Shown: positions 35,057 to 44,465, counted from the first letter of the stretch. The stretch is DNA of 46,462 nucleotides from Candidatus Omnitrophota bacterium (GCA_026387475.1 JAPLLN010000038.1:1-46462), one strand, 5' to 3'. Numbers and translations are program-made. The notes: generated from the sequence alone by a model not told the origin.

Positions 35057-37455
35057 TATTCTTTCTCCAGGACTATTCTTTGTTTGGCGCCCTTGGCTAT
35101 GCGCTCAAAGAACCGCTTAAATTCCGCGTATTCCGACTTTAGGATTGTATGCTTCTTGGTTTCGCTGCGCTGCTTGAATTCTATTCTATTACCGTGATAC
35201 CCGTAATCCAAGGAAAATTTGATCCAGGGGCTTTCTTCGCTGAAGCTCGGAGGAAGATATTTGACCTTCAGGCCCGGAGGTAAATCGATATATAAATCCG
35301 TATCCTTACTCTCCAAAATATTCAGGTCAATGTCGTAGATGCGCTTATCGGTAGCTACCAGCGAGGTATCCACGGAGGCCAGCTGGGGCAAAATATTTAA
35401 GTTCCCGGCGATAGTCGCGTACTCCGGCCCGATAAAATCATAACTTAATACCACCGGCTTGTTCAAATCATCAAGGTTTTCGATATTGTATTTTATAAGC
35501 CTACCACCGATGGAGAATTCCTGGACCTTCTCCTTTATCGTCTGAGCGATCAATTCCGGCTGGGTATAAGTAAGCCAGTAACGCTGCGCCTGGTCGTACA
35601 TTCCCGAAGAATAGATATCTTTGTGCGCCGATATTGTCCCGTCATCGTTCATCTTTAGCTCTAAGACCTGCCGGATAAGATTGTGCCGTGGCGGATACAG
35701 CGGGGTTTCCATCATCTTGTATCCTTCATCCTGAAAAACCAGGACCGTCCTCTCCTGATCATCGGCAGGGAGGTCATCAAAAGAACAGGTTGACGCGGTG
35801 GGGTCCATAAATACTATCCGGCTGTCTAAAGATACGGCGGCTATGCAGTGATTAAACTGGACCGTAGGAAAATCCTCGCTTAAATTATAATCTTCCTTGG
35901 TCGGGATCAATACCGGCCAGGCAAACAGGCCGGCCTCTCTTAACATCGTCACTAAAAGCACTGCCTGATCCTTGCAGTCTCCGTATTTGTTTTTAAATAT
36001 ATCGGAGGCCGCGTGCGGCTCATACCCCGCGTCTCCATACTCTACCGCCACATAACGGATATTCTTCGCGCAGTAATTATAAATGGCTGCTGCTTTGGCC
36101 TTTTCATCAGCCGCTCCCGCGGTAAGCTCTTTTACTTTCGCGCTGATGGCAGAGTCGGCTTTTATTTTATCCCGGCTTAAATCCTGCCACCAGCGGTAGA
36201 CTTCCTGCCAGTCGTTAAAAGTAGACATGAGGACAGTGGGATTTACAAGGACACCCGGAGGCATGCTCGACTCGGGGGTTATCTGCGGAATATTTTTAAA
36301 TACCCAGGTGTAAACGCGGAACTCGGCATCATCCTGGATCTTAGGTTTAAGTTCGGCTCCGAAAGTATTGTAGTCTTCATTGATTATTTTTAAGTGGGGC
36401 GGGGTATTCTTAGGAAAACGCACGCTAAATTTGGCTGAAATCACCGGCTCGGTAGTCTGCAGCGGATAATTTACTACGAAATCTTTTTTATTGATAAGCT
36501 GGTTATTAGTCACCTTGACCTTATACTCGATGATCGCACCTTCCGCTACTTCCGGGAATGAGATAATGAACGCGCGCGCGTTGCTATAAAGAGGAAAGTC
36601 CGTATAACGGGATACGTCCCGGATATGCCGGCCGCCGACCTGGGTGACTTTACCGTCCGGGCTTATGGTGCGCGCGCTCTCCAGTTCGACCTTTTCGTAA
36701 GTAGAATCGTAACCGACCTGCGTTTCGGCAAACTCGTCCTTACCCCGCTCGTTTAAGATCTTGATCAAGTAATGCATATAAGAAATCTGGATGCCTTCCT
36801 TGCTTACTTCGATACCTTCATCCGCCGATAAAATGACCGCTCCGGCCTCGGGGAAATCCTCTTGCGCAGGCGCGGAGGATAATAGGCGCGCGACCTTAAC
36901 GTCGATCTCCTTGGTAGGGCCTGACCCGGCCTGTTTTTCGATCTGATTAATGCGCTCTCCCGCCAGTTTTATAAATTCGGGGTCAGAGCGCACCTGCGCA
37001 TAAGACTTAAGCGCCTGGTCAAAAAGATTGAGCTTTTCGCTCGTCAATGCCCGGTAATAACGGCATTCGTCGTCCCCGCACTCCAAGTTATTAAATGCCA
37101 TGAGGGCGTCGGTAAAATTACCAAGATGATAATAAGAGATAGCCCGAAGTTTTTTAGCTTCTTTCAAACCGGTTTTATTCAGGGTTTCAAGCGCCTCAGC
37201 GAATTTTCCGTGGTTGTAATAGAGGCTCCCTAATTCAAAATTGAGCCGGTCTAAGTCTTTTTGCCCTTTGATCAAGTTTTCATATTCGGTTCTCGCGCGT
37301 TCAAAATACTCCGCGGATTGCCGGGTATATTCTTTAGCCTTGCCTGAATCGACGCTCTGGGCGCAACCGACAGCCGCGATAAGAAATAAAAATACAGCGG
37401 GGAAAAATATAAAACGGATGGTATTGTTCTTAACCGCGGTATCTATAATACGCAT
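35056..37455 (-). CDS. TPR + DUF3857 + transglutaminase-like domain protein
   Basis: Signal/lipobox-like AVGC, TPR-like helices, IRYVAVE, GDCKDQA (Cys), FNHCI (His), MDPT (Asp). Confidence 0.88.
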   Translation of the reverse strand: MRIIDTAVKNNTIRFIFFPAVFLFLIAAVGCAQSVDSGKAKEYTRQSAEYFERARTEYENLIKGQKDLDRLNFELGSLYYNHGKFAEALETLNKTGLKEAKKLRAISYYHLGNFTDALMAFNNLECGDDECRYYRALTSEKLNLFDQALKSYAQVRSDPEFIKLAGERINQIEKQAGSGPTKEIDVKVARLLSSAPAQEDFPEAGAVILSADEGIEVSKEGIQISYMHYLIKILNERGKDEFAETQVGYDSTYEKVELESARTISPDGKVTQVGGRHIRDVSRYTDFPLYSNARAFIISFPEVAEGAIIEYKVKVTNNQLINKKDFVVNYPLQTTEPVISAKFSVRFPKNTPPHLKIINEDYNTFGAELKPKIQDDAEFRVYTWVFKNIPQITPESSMPPGVLVNPTVLMSTFNDWQEVYRWWQDLSRDKIKADSAISAKVKELTAGAADEKAKAAAIYNYCAKNIRYVAVEYGDAGYEPHAASDIFKNKYGDCKDQAVLLVTMLREAGLFAWPVLIPTKEDYNLSEDFPTVQFNHCIAAVSLDSRIVFMDPTASTCSFDDLPADDQERTVLVFQDEGYKMMETPLYPPRHNLIRQVLELKMNDDGTISAHKDIYSSGMYDQAQRYWLTYTQPELIAQTIKEKVQEFSIGGRLIKYNIENLDDLNKPVVLSYDFIGPEYATIAGNLNILPQLASVDTSLVATDKRIYDIDLNILESKDTDLYIDLPPGLKVKYLPPSFSEESPWIKFSLDYGYHGNRIEFKQRSETKKHTILKSEYAEFKRFFERIAKGAKQRIVLEKE

Positions 37456-38518
37456 TACAAGCTCCCTCCATTGAAACCATACACGGGCCTAAGGGCTTAT
37501 CCGGCGCGCAGGCTTTGGCAAAAAGCGGGCATTCTTTAGGGGTGACCAATCCCTTTAAAACATCGGCGCATTTACATCTGGTCTCCGGCTCCTTGCCGCT
37601 TGCCGGTTTGATGGAAAATACCTTTTCGCTGTCAAATTCACTAAATGCCTCTTTTATCTTAAGCCCGCTTCCGGAAATTTTACCCATCCCCCGCCAGTAC
37701 GCTCCCGCCGGAGTGAATACGCGCGAGATTATCTTGCGCGCTTCAGGATTGCCTTTTGGCCTGACTACCCGGGAATACTGATTATCCACCTTAGGCTTAT
37801 TAAGTCTCATCTGTTTTAAAAGCATAAGTATCCCTTCCAGAATATCCAGAGGTTCAAATCCCGCGACGCAGCAAGGTACACCGAAATCCCGGGGGATGAA
37901 TTCATAGGGCCTTGTCCCTATGATACTGGATACGTGGCCCGGGCAGAGGAATCCGGAGAGCCTTAACCTTTCGTCATTCAAGAGATGCTTCATTACCGGA
38001 GGCATTAGCTTAAGAGAGACGAAAAATGAGACATTTTTCATCTTCTCCTTCTTCGCCTGAATAATACTTAGAGCAATGGTGGGGGCAGTGGTTTCGAAAC
38101 CAACACCGAGAAAGACCGTTTTTTTACCGGGATTAAGGCGCGCGATTTTTAATGTGTCCAGGGGAGAATACGCGATGCGGATTTGCCTACCCCTGGCCTT
38201 TTCTTTCTCCAGGCTGGAATTAGTACCCGGAACGCGCAACATATCCCCGAAAGTGACGATTATGACATCGTCCCTGCGGGAGAGCCTGATCGCGGCGTCG
38301 ATATAATTCTGGTGGCTGACGCAGACCGGGCAACCCGGCCCGGGGATAAAATGCAGGTTTTCCGGCAAGAGGTCTTTGAGCCCGAAGCGGCAGAAATTCA
38401 TGGTGTGCGTTCCGCAGACCTCCATAATGGTCAGATCTTTGCGCGGCATAAGCTGGCGGATCCGCTGGGCTGCCGCGGCGATCAGTTTCTTGTCCCGGAA
38501 TTCGTCAATGTATTTCAT
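37430..38518 (-). CDS. hypD: Hydrogenase maturation protein HypD
   Basis: MEVCGTHT, GPGCPVC, GFETT, PGHVS, GPCMVS.EGAC. Confidence 0.98.
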   Translation of the reverse strand: MKYIDEFRDKKLIAAAAQRIRQLMPRKDLTIMEVCGTHTMNFCRFGLKDLLPENLHFIPGPGCPVCVSHQNYIDAAIRLSRRDDVIIVTFGDMLRVPGTNSSLEKEKARGRQIRIAYSPLDTLKIARLNPGKKTVFLGVGFETTAPTIALSIIQAKKEKMKNVSFFVSLKLMPPVMKHLLNDERLRLSGFLCPGHVSSIIGTRPYEFIPRDFGVPCCVAGFEPLDILEGILMLLKQMRLNKPKVDNQYSRVVRPKGNPEARKIISRVFTPAGAYWRGMGKISGSGLKIKEAFSEFDSEKVFSIKPASGKEPETRCKCADVLKGLVTPKECPLFAKACAPDKPLGPCMVSMEGACNAYYRYRG

Positions 38519-38714
38519 TAATGATCCTTAATGTCTCTCTCGCCTTTTTAGGGTCGAGCACCTCGATAGCAAAACCCGCGTGCACCAGGACAAAATCATT
38601 TATTTTTATATGCGGGAGCATCTGGATATTAATGGTGCGCGTCAACCTTCCGCTCTCGACTTCGGCAAAGTTTTCTTTGATCTTTTTTACCCTCATGGGT
38701 ATTGCTAAACACAT
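38505..38714 (-). CDS. hypC: HypC/HybG chaperone
   Basis: MCLAIP N-terminus; VLVHAGFAI. Confidence 0.97.
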   Translation of the reverse strand: MCLAIPMRVKKIKENFAEVESGRLTRTINIQMLPHIKINDFVLVHAGFAIEVLDPKKARETLRIINEIH

Positions 38715-38723
38715 AATTTTCTC

Positions 38724-39803
38724 CTAAGACCCCGCGATCACTGCCTGTCCCAATGAAATTCCGGAATCATTAGCGCTTAAATCCTTGTGCAAAAATATCG
38801 TAAATCCTTCTTTATATAATAGCCCCAAGCAGAAGCGAAGTAAAAGGCTATTTTGGAATACCCCTCCGGATAAAGCTACTTTATTGATCCCCGTATCGCG
38901 GCGCAGAGCTAAACTCATTTTTAAAATCATCCAAGCCACGCTCAAGTGAAAACGATAAGAAATTTCTCCCTTAGGCCTCTTGGCTTTTAAATCCCCCGCT
39001 ATGCCCTTAAAAATTCCGGCAGGGTCGATGATGTATCCTGTTTTGTCTTTCAATATCTTGAATTTATAGGCCTGAACTTCGGTTTTGGGACGAAGAGCTA
39101 TTTTCTCTAACGCTATGGCTAATTCTGCCTCAAACTTTGCCTCTAATTTGGCGAGTATCAGGCTTGCGGCCGCGTCAAAGAGCCTCCCCATACTGCTGGC
39201 CAAAGGCGAATTTATGCCTTTATCGCGGATCTTTCTTAGAAGGGCCCATTTTTTCTTATCTATCCCCGGGAGTTTGCCGTCGAGCCAGAATGCGGCTAAA
39301 CGCCACGGCTCTAAGATCGCCCGCTCCCCTCCCAAAAGCGGGATCTCTTTAAGATGCCCCGCTCTTTTGAAGGATTTGTAGCCGCAGATCAGGAATTCCG
39401 CGCCCCAAATATGGTTATCCGTTCCCAGGCCGGTACCGTCAAAAGCTACCCCGATTACTTTTTGATCTTTTAATCCGTTTTCCGCCATACAACTGGCGAT
39501 ATGCGCGTAGTGGTGTTGTATAGGTATCAGGCGATAGGTGTTGGGCGTTAGGTTTAATGCAAATTTAGTAGACTGGTATTCGGGATGGAGATCGTAAGCG
39601 ATAACTCTGGGTTTTTTCCTTAAAAAATATTTTGCGTCTTTTTCAAAAGCAGCCAAATCCCGCGGATCCGTTAAATCCGGATGCACGCGGCTGACATAAG
39701 CTGTCTTTCCGCCGGCAAAACAGACGGTATTTTTAGTTTGCGTCCCGAACGCCAACACCGTTTTCTTTATTTTAAAAGGGAGTTGTATCTTTTTATAAAC
39801 CAT
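38724..39803 (-). CDS. hypF: Truncated HypF (Kae1-like carbamoyltransferase domain only)
   Basis: KNTVC, DLHPEY, QHHYAH, FDGTGLG, WGAE, SSMGRLFD, LSGGVFQN, NDSGISLGQ; 359 aa. Confidence 0.9.
   Translation of the reverse strand: MVYKKIQLPFKIKKTVLAFGTQTKNTVCFAGGKTAYVSRVHPDLTDPRDLAAFEKDAKYFLRKKPRVIAYDLHPEYQSTKFALNLTPNTYRLIPIQHHYAHIASCMAENGLKDQKVIGVAFDGTGLGTDNHIWGAEFLICGYKSFKRAGHLKEIPLLGGERAILEPWRLAAFWLDGKLPGIDKKKWALLRKIRDKGINSPLASSMGRLFDAAASLILAKLEAKFEAELAIALEKIALRPKTEVQAYKFKILKDKTGYIIDPAGIFKGIAGDLKAKRPKGEISYRFHLSVAWMILKMSLALRRDTGINKVALSGGVFQNSLLLRFCLGLLYKEGFTIFLHKDLSANDSGISLGQAVIAGS
39521..39555. repeat. Degenerate heptamer repeat inside hypF
   Basis: taggtat caggcga taggtgt tgggcgt taggttt. 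Confidence 0.55.
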
Positions 39804-40522
39804 TTGGTCAATTTGCCCGCTTTACCCCTACCGGTTTTTATATTATTTATTGAAACCAGGGGCATTACGCCCATCAAAGAATTAGTCAAGAACGCTTCAT
39901 CGCCATTCTCCAGGTCTTTTAGCGTAAGCTTGGCCTCAAAAGTCTCAATCCCCTCTTTTGTCGCCATATCAATGACCGCTCTTTTGGTTATTCCGTCCAG
40001 ACAGCCGCATTCAACTGCCGGCGTAAACAACTCTCCGCCTTTAACCATGAATATATTGCTGCGCGAACCTTCCGCAACGTAACCTCGGGAATTTAAAATT
40101 ATAGCCTCGTCAAAACCTCCGGCCTTAGCTTTTGAATAACTCCGCTCATACAAAGAGCGCTCGATAACCTTGACCCGGGCTAAGTATGAGTTTTCATCCT
40201 GGCGCCAGGGAGTAGTTTGAGCCCTGAATCCTTTACGGTATTTTGACAAAGAATACGGCGTGTATTTTTTTATGAGAACCGCGTAGCCGCTAATACCCCC
40301 CTCCAGCCAGACAGAAAGCCGGATATATTTATCACCCAGCGCGGAATTCCCCGCTTCCGCCTTAATTTCTTTTTTTAATTTATCTACGGATACGGGAAGC
40401 CTTATCTTTAGCGCCGCACAACCAATTTTGAGCCTCTCTAAATGCGCGTTAAGGCGGACTATTTTGCCGTTAAGGCTGCGCATACTCTCAAACACTCCAA
40501 AGGTCGACGGGTAGTTTTTCAT
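39767..40522 (-). CDS. pabC: Aminotransferase class IV (probable aminodeoxychorismate lyase)
   Basis: GVFESMR, HLERL, EGSRSNIF, LDGIT, FLTNS; coupled to pabB. Confidence 0.8.
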   Translation of the reverse strand: MKNYPSTFGVFESMRSLNGKIVRLNAHLERLKIGCAALKIRLPVSVDKLKKEIKAEAGNSALGDKYIRLSVWLEGGISGYAVLIKKYTPYSLSKYRKGFRAQTTPWRQDENSYLARVKVIERSLYERSYSKAKAGGFDEAIILNSRGYVAEGSRSNIFMVKGGELFTPAVECGCLDGITKRAVIDMATKEGIETFEAKLTLKDLENGDEAFLTNSLMGVMPLVSINNIKTGRGKAGKLTKWFIKRYNSLLK

Positions 40523-41880
40523 TTAGTTAGAAGCGTACGCATTATTCCTTCTGCCTTGACCAGGGTCTCGTCATACTCTTCTTCGGGGTTAGAATCGGCG
40601 ACTATCCCGCCCCCGACCCCGAAATAGATATTATTTTTGCTCTTTAAAATGGTGCGGATGAGGATATTAAAATCCATATCCCCGGAAAAACTAAGATAAC
40701 CCAGCGCTCCGGTATAGATCCCCCGGCGGGACGGCTCTAATTCTTCGATTATCTCCATCGCCCTTATCTTGGGGCATCCGGTGATGGAACCTCCCGGAGA
40801 GCAGGCGCGCAACAAGTCAATGCGGTCCTTTCCTTTATAAAGCCTTCCGTAAATATTCGCCGTAGTCTGAAAAACAGTATTATATTCTTCCAGCTCCCTA
40901 AGCGATTCAACTTTGACCGAGTCGTAATTACAGACCCGGCCCAGGTCATTACGCTCAAGGTCTACGATCATCATCAGCTCTGCTTTATCTTTGGGGCTGG
41001 CTAAAAGCTCATTCTTTAACCTGCTGTCTTCCGCCTCGTCGGACGAACGGGGCCGCGTCCCTTTCATCGGCCGGGTGATCACAATATCTTTGCGTAATGA
41101 TAAGAATCTCTCCGGAGAAGAGCTGATGATCTGGAACGGGCCGGGATCAAAATACGCGCCGAAATAAACCGGTGAATGCATACGCAGCTGCTCGTAAATT
41201 TCGGGTGCGCCCAGGTTCGTACGGGCAGAAAAACGCTGCGAAAGATTTACCTGATATATATCACCGTTTTTAATATAATCTTTGGCTCTCTTTACCGCGG
41301 CAATATATCCGGCTTTGCTGAAGTTAGATCGTGGCTGTGTGGTTTTAATTGCCTTTCCGGTATGGTCTTCCGGGGCATTCTCAAAAATAAGTTTTTCCAG
41401 CTTTGTGATATTCTCCCTGGCTAGCGCTTCCTGCAGGCTCGATCTTTTCTCGGGAAAACCTAGCGCGAATATCCCAAAAATCTTCTTAAAATGGTCGATG
41501 ATGATCACGGTATTATAAAAGGCAAAAAACAGATCCGGGATCTTTAAATCGTCTTTGATGCGCCTCTTAAGTTTCTTCTCAAACAGGAATCCCGCATCAT
41601 AGCTCATATATCCGACAGCCCCGCCCAAAAACGGAGGAGAATTCTTAGGAGCTTCGATCTTATATTTCTCCAGCTCCTCCCGCAACGCGCCCAATCTATC
41701 CCGGTTCTTGGCAGAGACCGTCTTAAAAGGGTTGATCCCAAGAAAAGAATACCTGCCCAGGGTTTGATTTTGCGCGAGGCTTGAGTCTAAGAAAAAACAG
41801 TTCCTCCCGCCTTTTAAAGCCCGGAAAATTTCCAGAGAGCTCTTGTCTAATTTATACGACTTCCAGGTGTAATATGCCAT
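40519..41880 (-). CDS. pabB: Aminodeoxychorismate synthase component I
   Basis: GDIYQVNLSQ, SSPERF, RPMKGTRPR, MIVDLERNDL, PGGSITGCPK, NILIRT. Confidence 0.92.
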   Translation of the reverse strand: MAYYTWKSYKLDKSSLEIFRALKGGRNCFFLDSSLAQNQTLGRYSFLGINPFKTVSAKNRDRLGALREELEKYKIEAPKNSPPFLGGAVGYMSYDAGFLFEKKLKRRIKDDLKIPDLFFAFYNTVIIIDHFKKIFGIFALGFPEKRSSLQEALARENITKLEKLIFENAPEDHTGKAIKTTQPRSNFSKAGYIAAVKRAKDYIKNGDIYQVNLSQRFSARTNLGAPEIYEQLRMHSPVYFGAYFDPGPFQIISSSPERFLSLRKDIVITRPMKGTRPRSSDEAEDSRLKNELLASPKDKAELMMIVDLERNDLGRVCNYDSVKVESLRELEEYNTVFQTTANIYGRLYKGKDRIDLLRACSPGGSITGCPKIRAMEIIEELEPSRRGIYTGALGYLSFSGDMDFNILIRTILKSKNNIYFGVGGGIVADSNPEEEYDETLVKAEGIMRTLLTK

Positions 41881-42673
41881 CGACTCTAAATGTGCGCTCT
41901 TCCTTTTTCAGGCAGCAGTACCCGACCAGATAACTGCGGCCGTTCTCCTGTTTTATTTCTTTAGGCATTACTTCTCTTTCGGTTACTGCTGCTCCCGAGA
42001 CCGAAAGGTATTTTATTTTGATATGCACCCCCAGGCCTATCGCCTCCTGGATCTCGGAGAGCCTCTGGCTATTAAGATTATCCAGGAAATACGGCTCGAT
42101 ACTGAAGAGCCGGGAAAAGCTGGCAAAATCGAGAATACCTTTGCGCTCCATAATTTCTTTAAGGCGCTCAAAGACTTCCAGGGTCATCTCCACGTCGGAA
42201 AAAGCCCTGTGTTCCTGCTTTAACCGTATCCCCAGTTTATCCGCCACAAACCAGAGCGCGTAGCGCTCCTGGCCGGGGAGCATTCGCCGGGCCATTTTGA
42301 GGATATCCACGACTACGATATCTTTAAGCCCGTCTTTACCCATGACCTTCAGCTCATTATTCAAAAACTCCAGGTCAAAACCGGCATTGTACGAACACAG
42401 GCAGCTCCCTTTGATGAACTCGAGGAATCTTGGCATAACCTCGGGCATACGCGGGGCGCCTTTTAACATGGCCTCCGAAATTTTGTTTACTGCGAATGCC
42501 GCCTCGGAGATTTTTCTATCCGGATTGATCAAAGACTCAAAGGTAGCAAGCTTGTCTTTGCCCTTGAAACGGATAGCGGCGATCTCGACTATCCTATCCC
42601 CTCCTGACGGGTCCAGCCCAGTAGTCTCGGTATCGAATATAGTGATCTCTACTTCGTTAAGGTCTTTGTTCAT
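41852..42673 (-). CDS. DEDDh 3'-5' exonuclease fused to a C-terminal WYL domain
   Basis: FDTETTG, NAGFD, HRAFSD; then IKY.....REVMP.......YLVGYC..KKEERTFRVDGI. Confidence 0.88.
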   Translation of the reverse strand: MNKDLNEVEITIFDTETTGLDPSGGDRIVEIAAIRFKGKDKLATFESLINPDRKISEAAFAVNKISEAMLKGAPRMPEVMPRFLEFIKGSCLCSYNAGFDLEFLNNELKVMGKDGLKDIVVVDILKMARRMLPGQERYALWFVADKLGIRLKQEHRAFSDVEMTLEVFERLKEIMERKGILDFASFSRLFSIEPYFLDNLNSQRLSEIQEAIGLGVHIKIKYLSVSGAAVTEREVMPKEIKQENGRSYLVGYCCLKKEERTFRVDGILHLEVV

Positions 42674-43559
42674 TTTTTGCGATGTACGCCGGGATGAGCT
42701 TCACCGGTTTGTACGCTAACTTTACTTTTTTCAGGTTCTCAAGCCCCGAATCATCCATCACATTGATATATTTGTATCCTTTAAGTTCTGCGCAATTGCG
42801 GGAAAAGATGAATTGCGCCAAACCTTTAACGGAGAGATCAGTCACTTCATACAAAATACAAAAGGCGTCTTTGTTTAACTCATAGCCGAAGGTAAAGCCG
42901 CATATTTTTTTATTGATCCTGACTACCCCGCCCTTTAAATTCAAGGCGCGGTAATTTGCCAGGGCTGTTTGCAGAGCGATCCGGCTATCTTCCATCATCC
43001 CCTGATAGATATGTCCGGGATTTCCTGTTTTACGCATACCCATCCATGAATCATAAAGGTCCAAGCACCCCTGTTTATCTTTGGCTAAAAGCGTAGAAAA
43101 CTCAAATTCATAGTGGTTGAGAAAATAATTCCTCGCCCAGCGCTGCGACTTTAATTTATTCCCGCTTAAGTCTACCAAATCTTTGCGCAGGCACAGGTAA
43201 TCCTGCGACTTAAGCGGACACTTAAATCCGAGCTTGCGATAAGACGCGATCTCCTTGTCTTCTATGTTCTCGATGCGCGTAACTTCCGGATTTTTATTCA
43301 GGCCGGCAGCGATATCGTAAGAATTCAAAACAGCTTCCGGGCTGAACTTTTTCCCCAGCGGCGGCAGATATAAAAATGTCCCGAAGTTGTCCTTAAAAAA
43401 TATACAGAGATTCCCGTCGATAACAACCCAGGAGATATCAAAGAGGGCTTTCCAGATAAAAATATCGGCAAAAGAATAAACCGCCAGCTCATGGGGGGAG
43501 TATTTCAGGTATTGATTGAATCTGGCTTTGTCTTTAAGCGAGATGCTTTTAAGCTTCAT
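42657..43559 (-). CDS. DUF2156 (aminoacyl-tRNA-dependent transferase-like GNAT) protein
   Basis: YSFADIFIW, DYL....L..L.G.K....R...N.F, GFTFG, INVMDDSGLENLKKVKLAYKP. Confidence 0.85.
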   Translation of the reverse strand: MKLKSISLKDKARFNQYLKYSPHELAVYSFADIFIWKALFDISWVVIDGNLCIFFKDNFGTFLYLPPLGKKFSPEAVLNSYDIAAGLNKNPEVTRIENIEDKEIASYRKLGFKCPLKSQDYLCLRKDLVDLSGNKLKSQRWARNYFLNHYEFEFSTLLAKDKQGCLDLYDSWMGMRKTGNPGHIYQGMMEDSRIALQTALANYRALNLKGGVVRINKKICGFTFGYELNKDAFCILYEVTDLSVKGLAQFIFSRNCAELKGYKYINVMDDSGLENLKKVKLAYKPVKLIPAYIAKNEQRP

Positions 43560-44052
43560 CAGGCGGATTAAGTTCGATCACATCCAGGACGTCTTCATAC
43601 GCAGCAAGCAGATGGGGATTTTCCTTAAGTAATTCCACCTGGGCAGGGGCATTGAGAAAATCGCTCAAATATTCCACATAATCCTTAAATTCTTGGGAAT
43701 TAAGTTTTTCTTTGGCGTAAGGACAATTCAAATCTATGGTCAGATAGACCCTCTTTTGGCGCAAAGATAATAAGAACGGATAAAGCTGGCACTCAAAAGG
43801 GCGGAAACCATAGACCAGACACTTATTGGTTGGGGCATCGAGGAACGCGCAAAGATAACCCTCTCCTTGCTGATTAGGCACGGGGACAATTTTCTTATCC
43901 AAAGAGAGAGTCGCCGGAGGGATTTTATGGTCCAAAAGAACCTGGATGTCTTCGTCCATCAGACAGGGGCTCCAAACAGAATCCTGCACTCTGAATCTGC
44001 AGCAACCCTGGCACTTAAGACAGGCTTCTTGCGGGACAAATTGCCGGATCAT
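43549..44052 (-). CDS. YkgJ family CxxCxxCC Fe-S/Zn protein
   Basis: CLKCQGCC, CAFL, CLVY..RP..CQLYPF, CP. Confidence 0.88.
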   Translation of the reverse strand: MIRQFVPQEACLKCQGCCRFRVQDSVWSPCLMDEDIQVLLDHKIPPATLSLDKKIVPVPNQQGEGYLCAFLDAPTNKCLVYGFRPFECQLYPFLLSLRQKRVYLTIDLNCPYAKEKLNSQEFKDYVEYLSDFLNAPAQVELLKENPHLLAAYEDVLDVIELNPPDEA

Positions 44053-44369
44053 TTCACAACGCTTCCTAATTTCTTGGGTTTCTCGGGAGAAACAATCACA
44101 ATCCCCTCTTCATCAGAAGCAGCCAAAATCATCCCCTGGCTCTCCACCCCGCGCAAAACTGCCGGGTCCAGATTATCCACCAGGACCACAAGTTTGCCGA
44201 CCAGGTCTTCCTTAAGATAATTAGCCTTTATCCCCGCGACTACCTGCTTGGTCTTGTCTCCTACATCCAGGGTTATCACATAAAGCCGGTCAGCGTTGGG
44301 ATGATCGTTAACTTCTTTGATTTGAGCGACTTTTAACTCTAATTTCCTGAAATCTTCGATTGTAGCCAT
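44049..44369 (-). CDS. Stand-alone tRNA-binding OB-fold (MetRS C-terminal / Trbp111-like)
   Basis: F.KLELKVA.I, HPNADRLY, VVAGI, NL.P....GVESQGMILAA; GGGAGG RBS. Confidence 0.92.
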   Translation of the reverse strand: MATIEDFRKLELKVAQIKEVNDHPNADRLYVITLDVGDKTKQVVAGIKANYLKEDLVGKLVVLVDNLDPAVLRGVESQGMILAASDEEGIVIVSPEKPKKLGSVVK

Positions 44370-44395
44370 TATAAACCTCCCCTATTGATATCCTT

Positions 44396-44424
44396 ATGAT
44401 ACCACGCCCCAGCCTCAAAAACAA
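44396..44424 (-). promoter_or_regulatory. Putative extended -10 promoter for the long downstream operon
   Basis: TTGTTT-N17-TATCAT with TGn before the -10. Confidence 0.45.
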
Positions 44425-44433
44425 GGCGAAAAG

Positions 44434-44465
44434 AAAGAGCCGCAAAAGTTAATTTGCGGCTCTTT
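44434..44465 (-). terminator. Intrinsic terminator after the tRNAs
   Basis: 13-bp inverted repeat AAAGAGCCGCAAA / TTTGCGGCTCTTT with a T-rich tail on the minus strand. Confidence 0.85.

Noticed and set aside
39767-41880. pabB/pabC supplying an aromatic starter to the PKS
   Set aside because: About 30 kb away in another transcription unit; folate synthesis (folE, folC present) is the simpler explanation.
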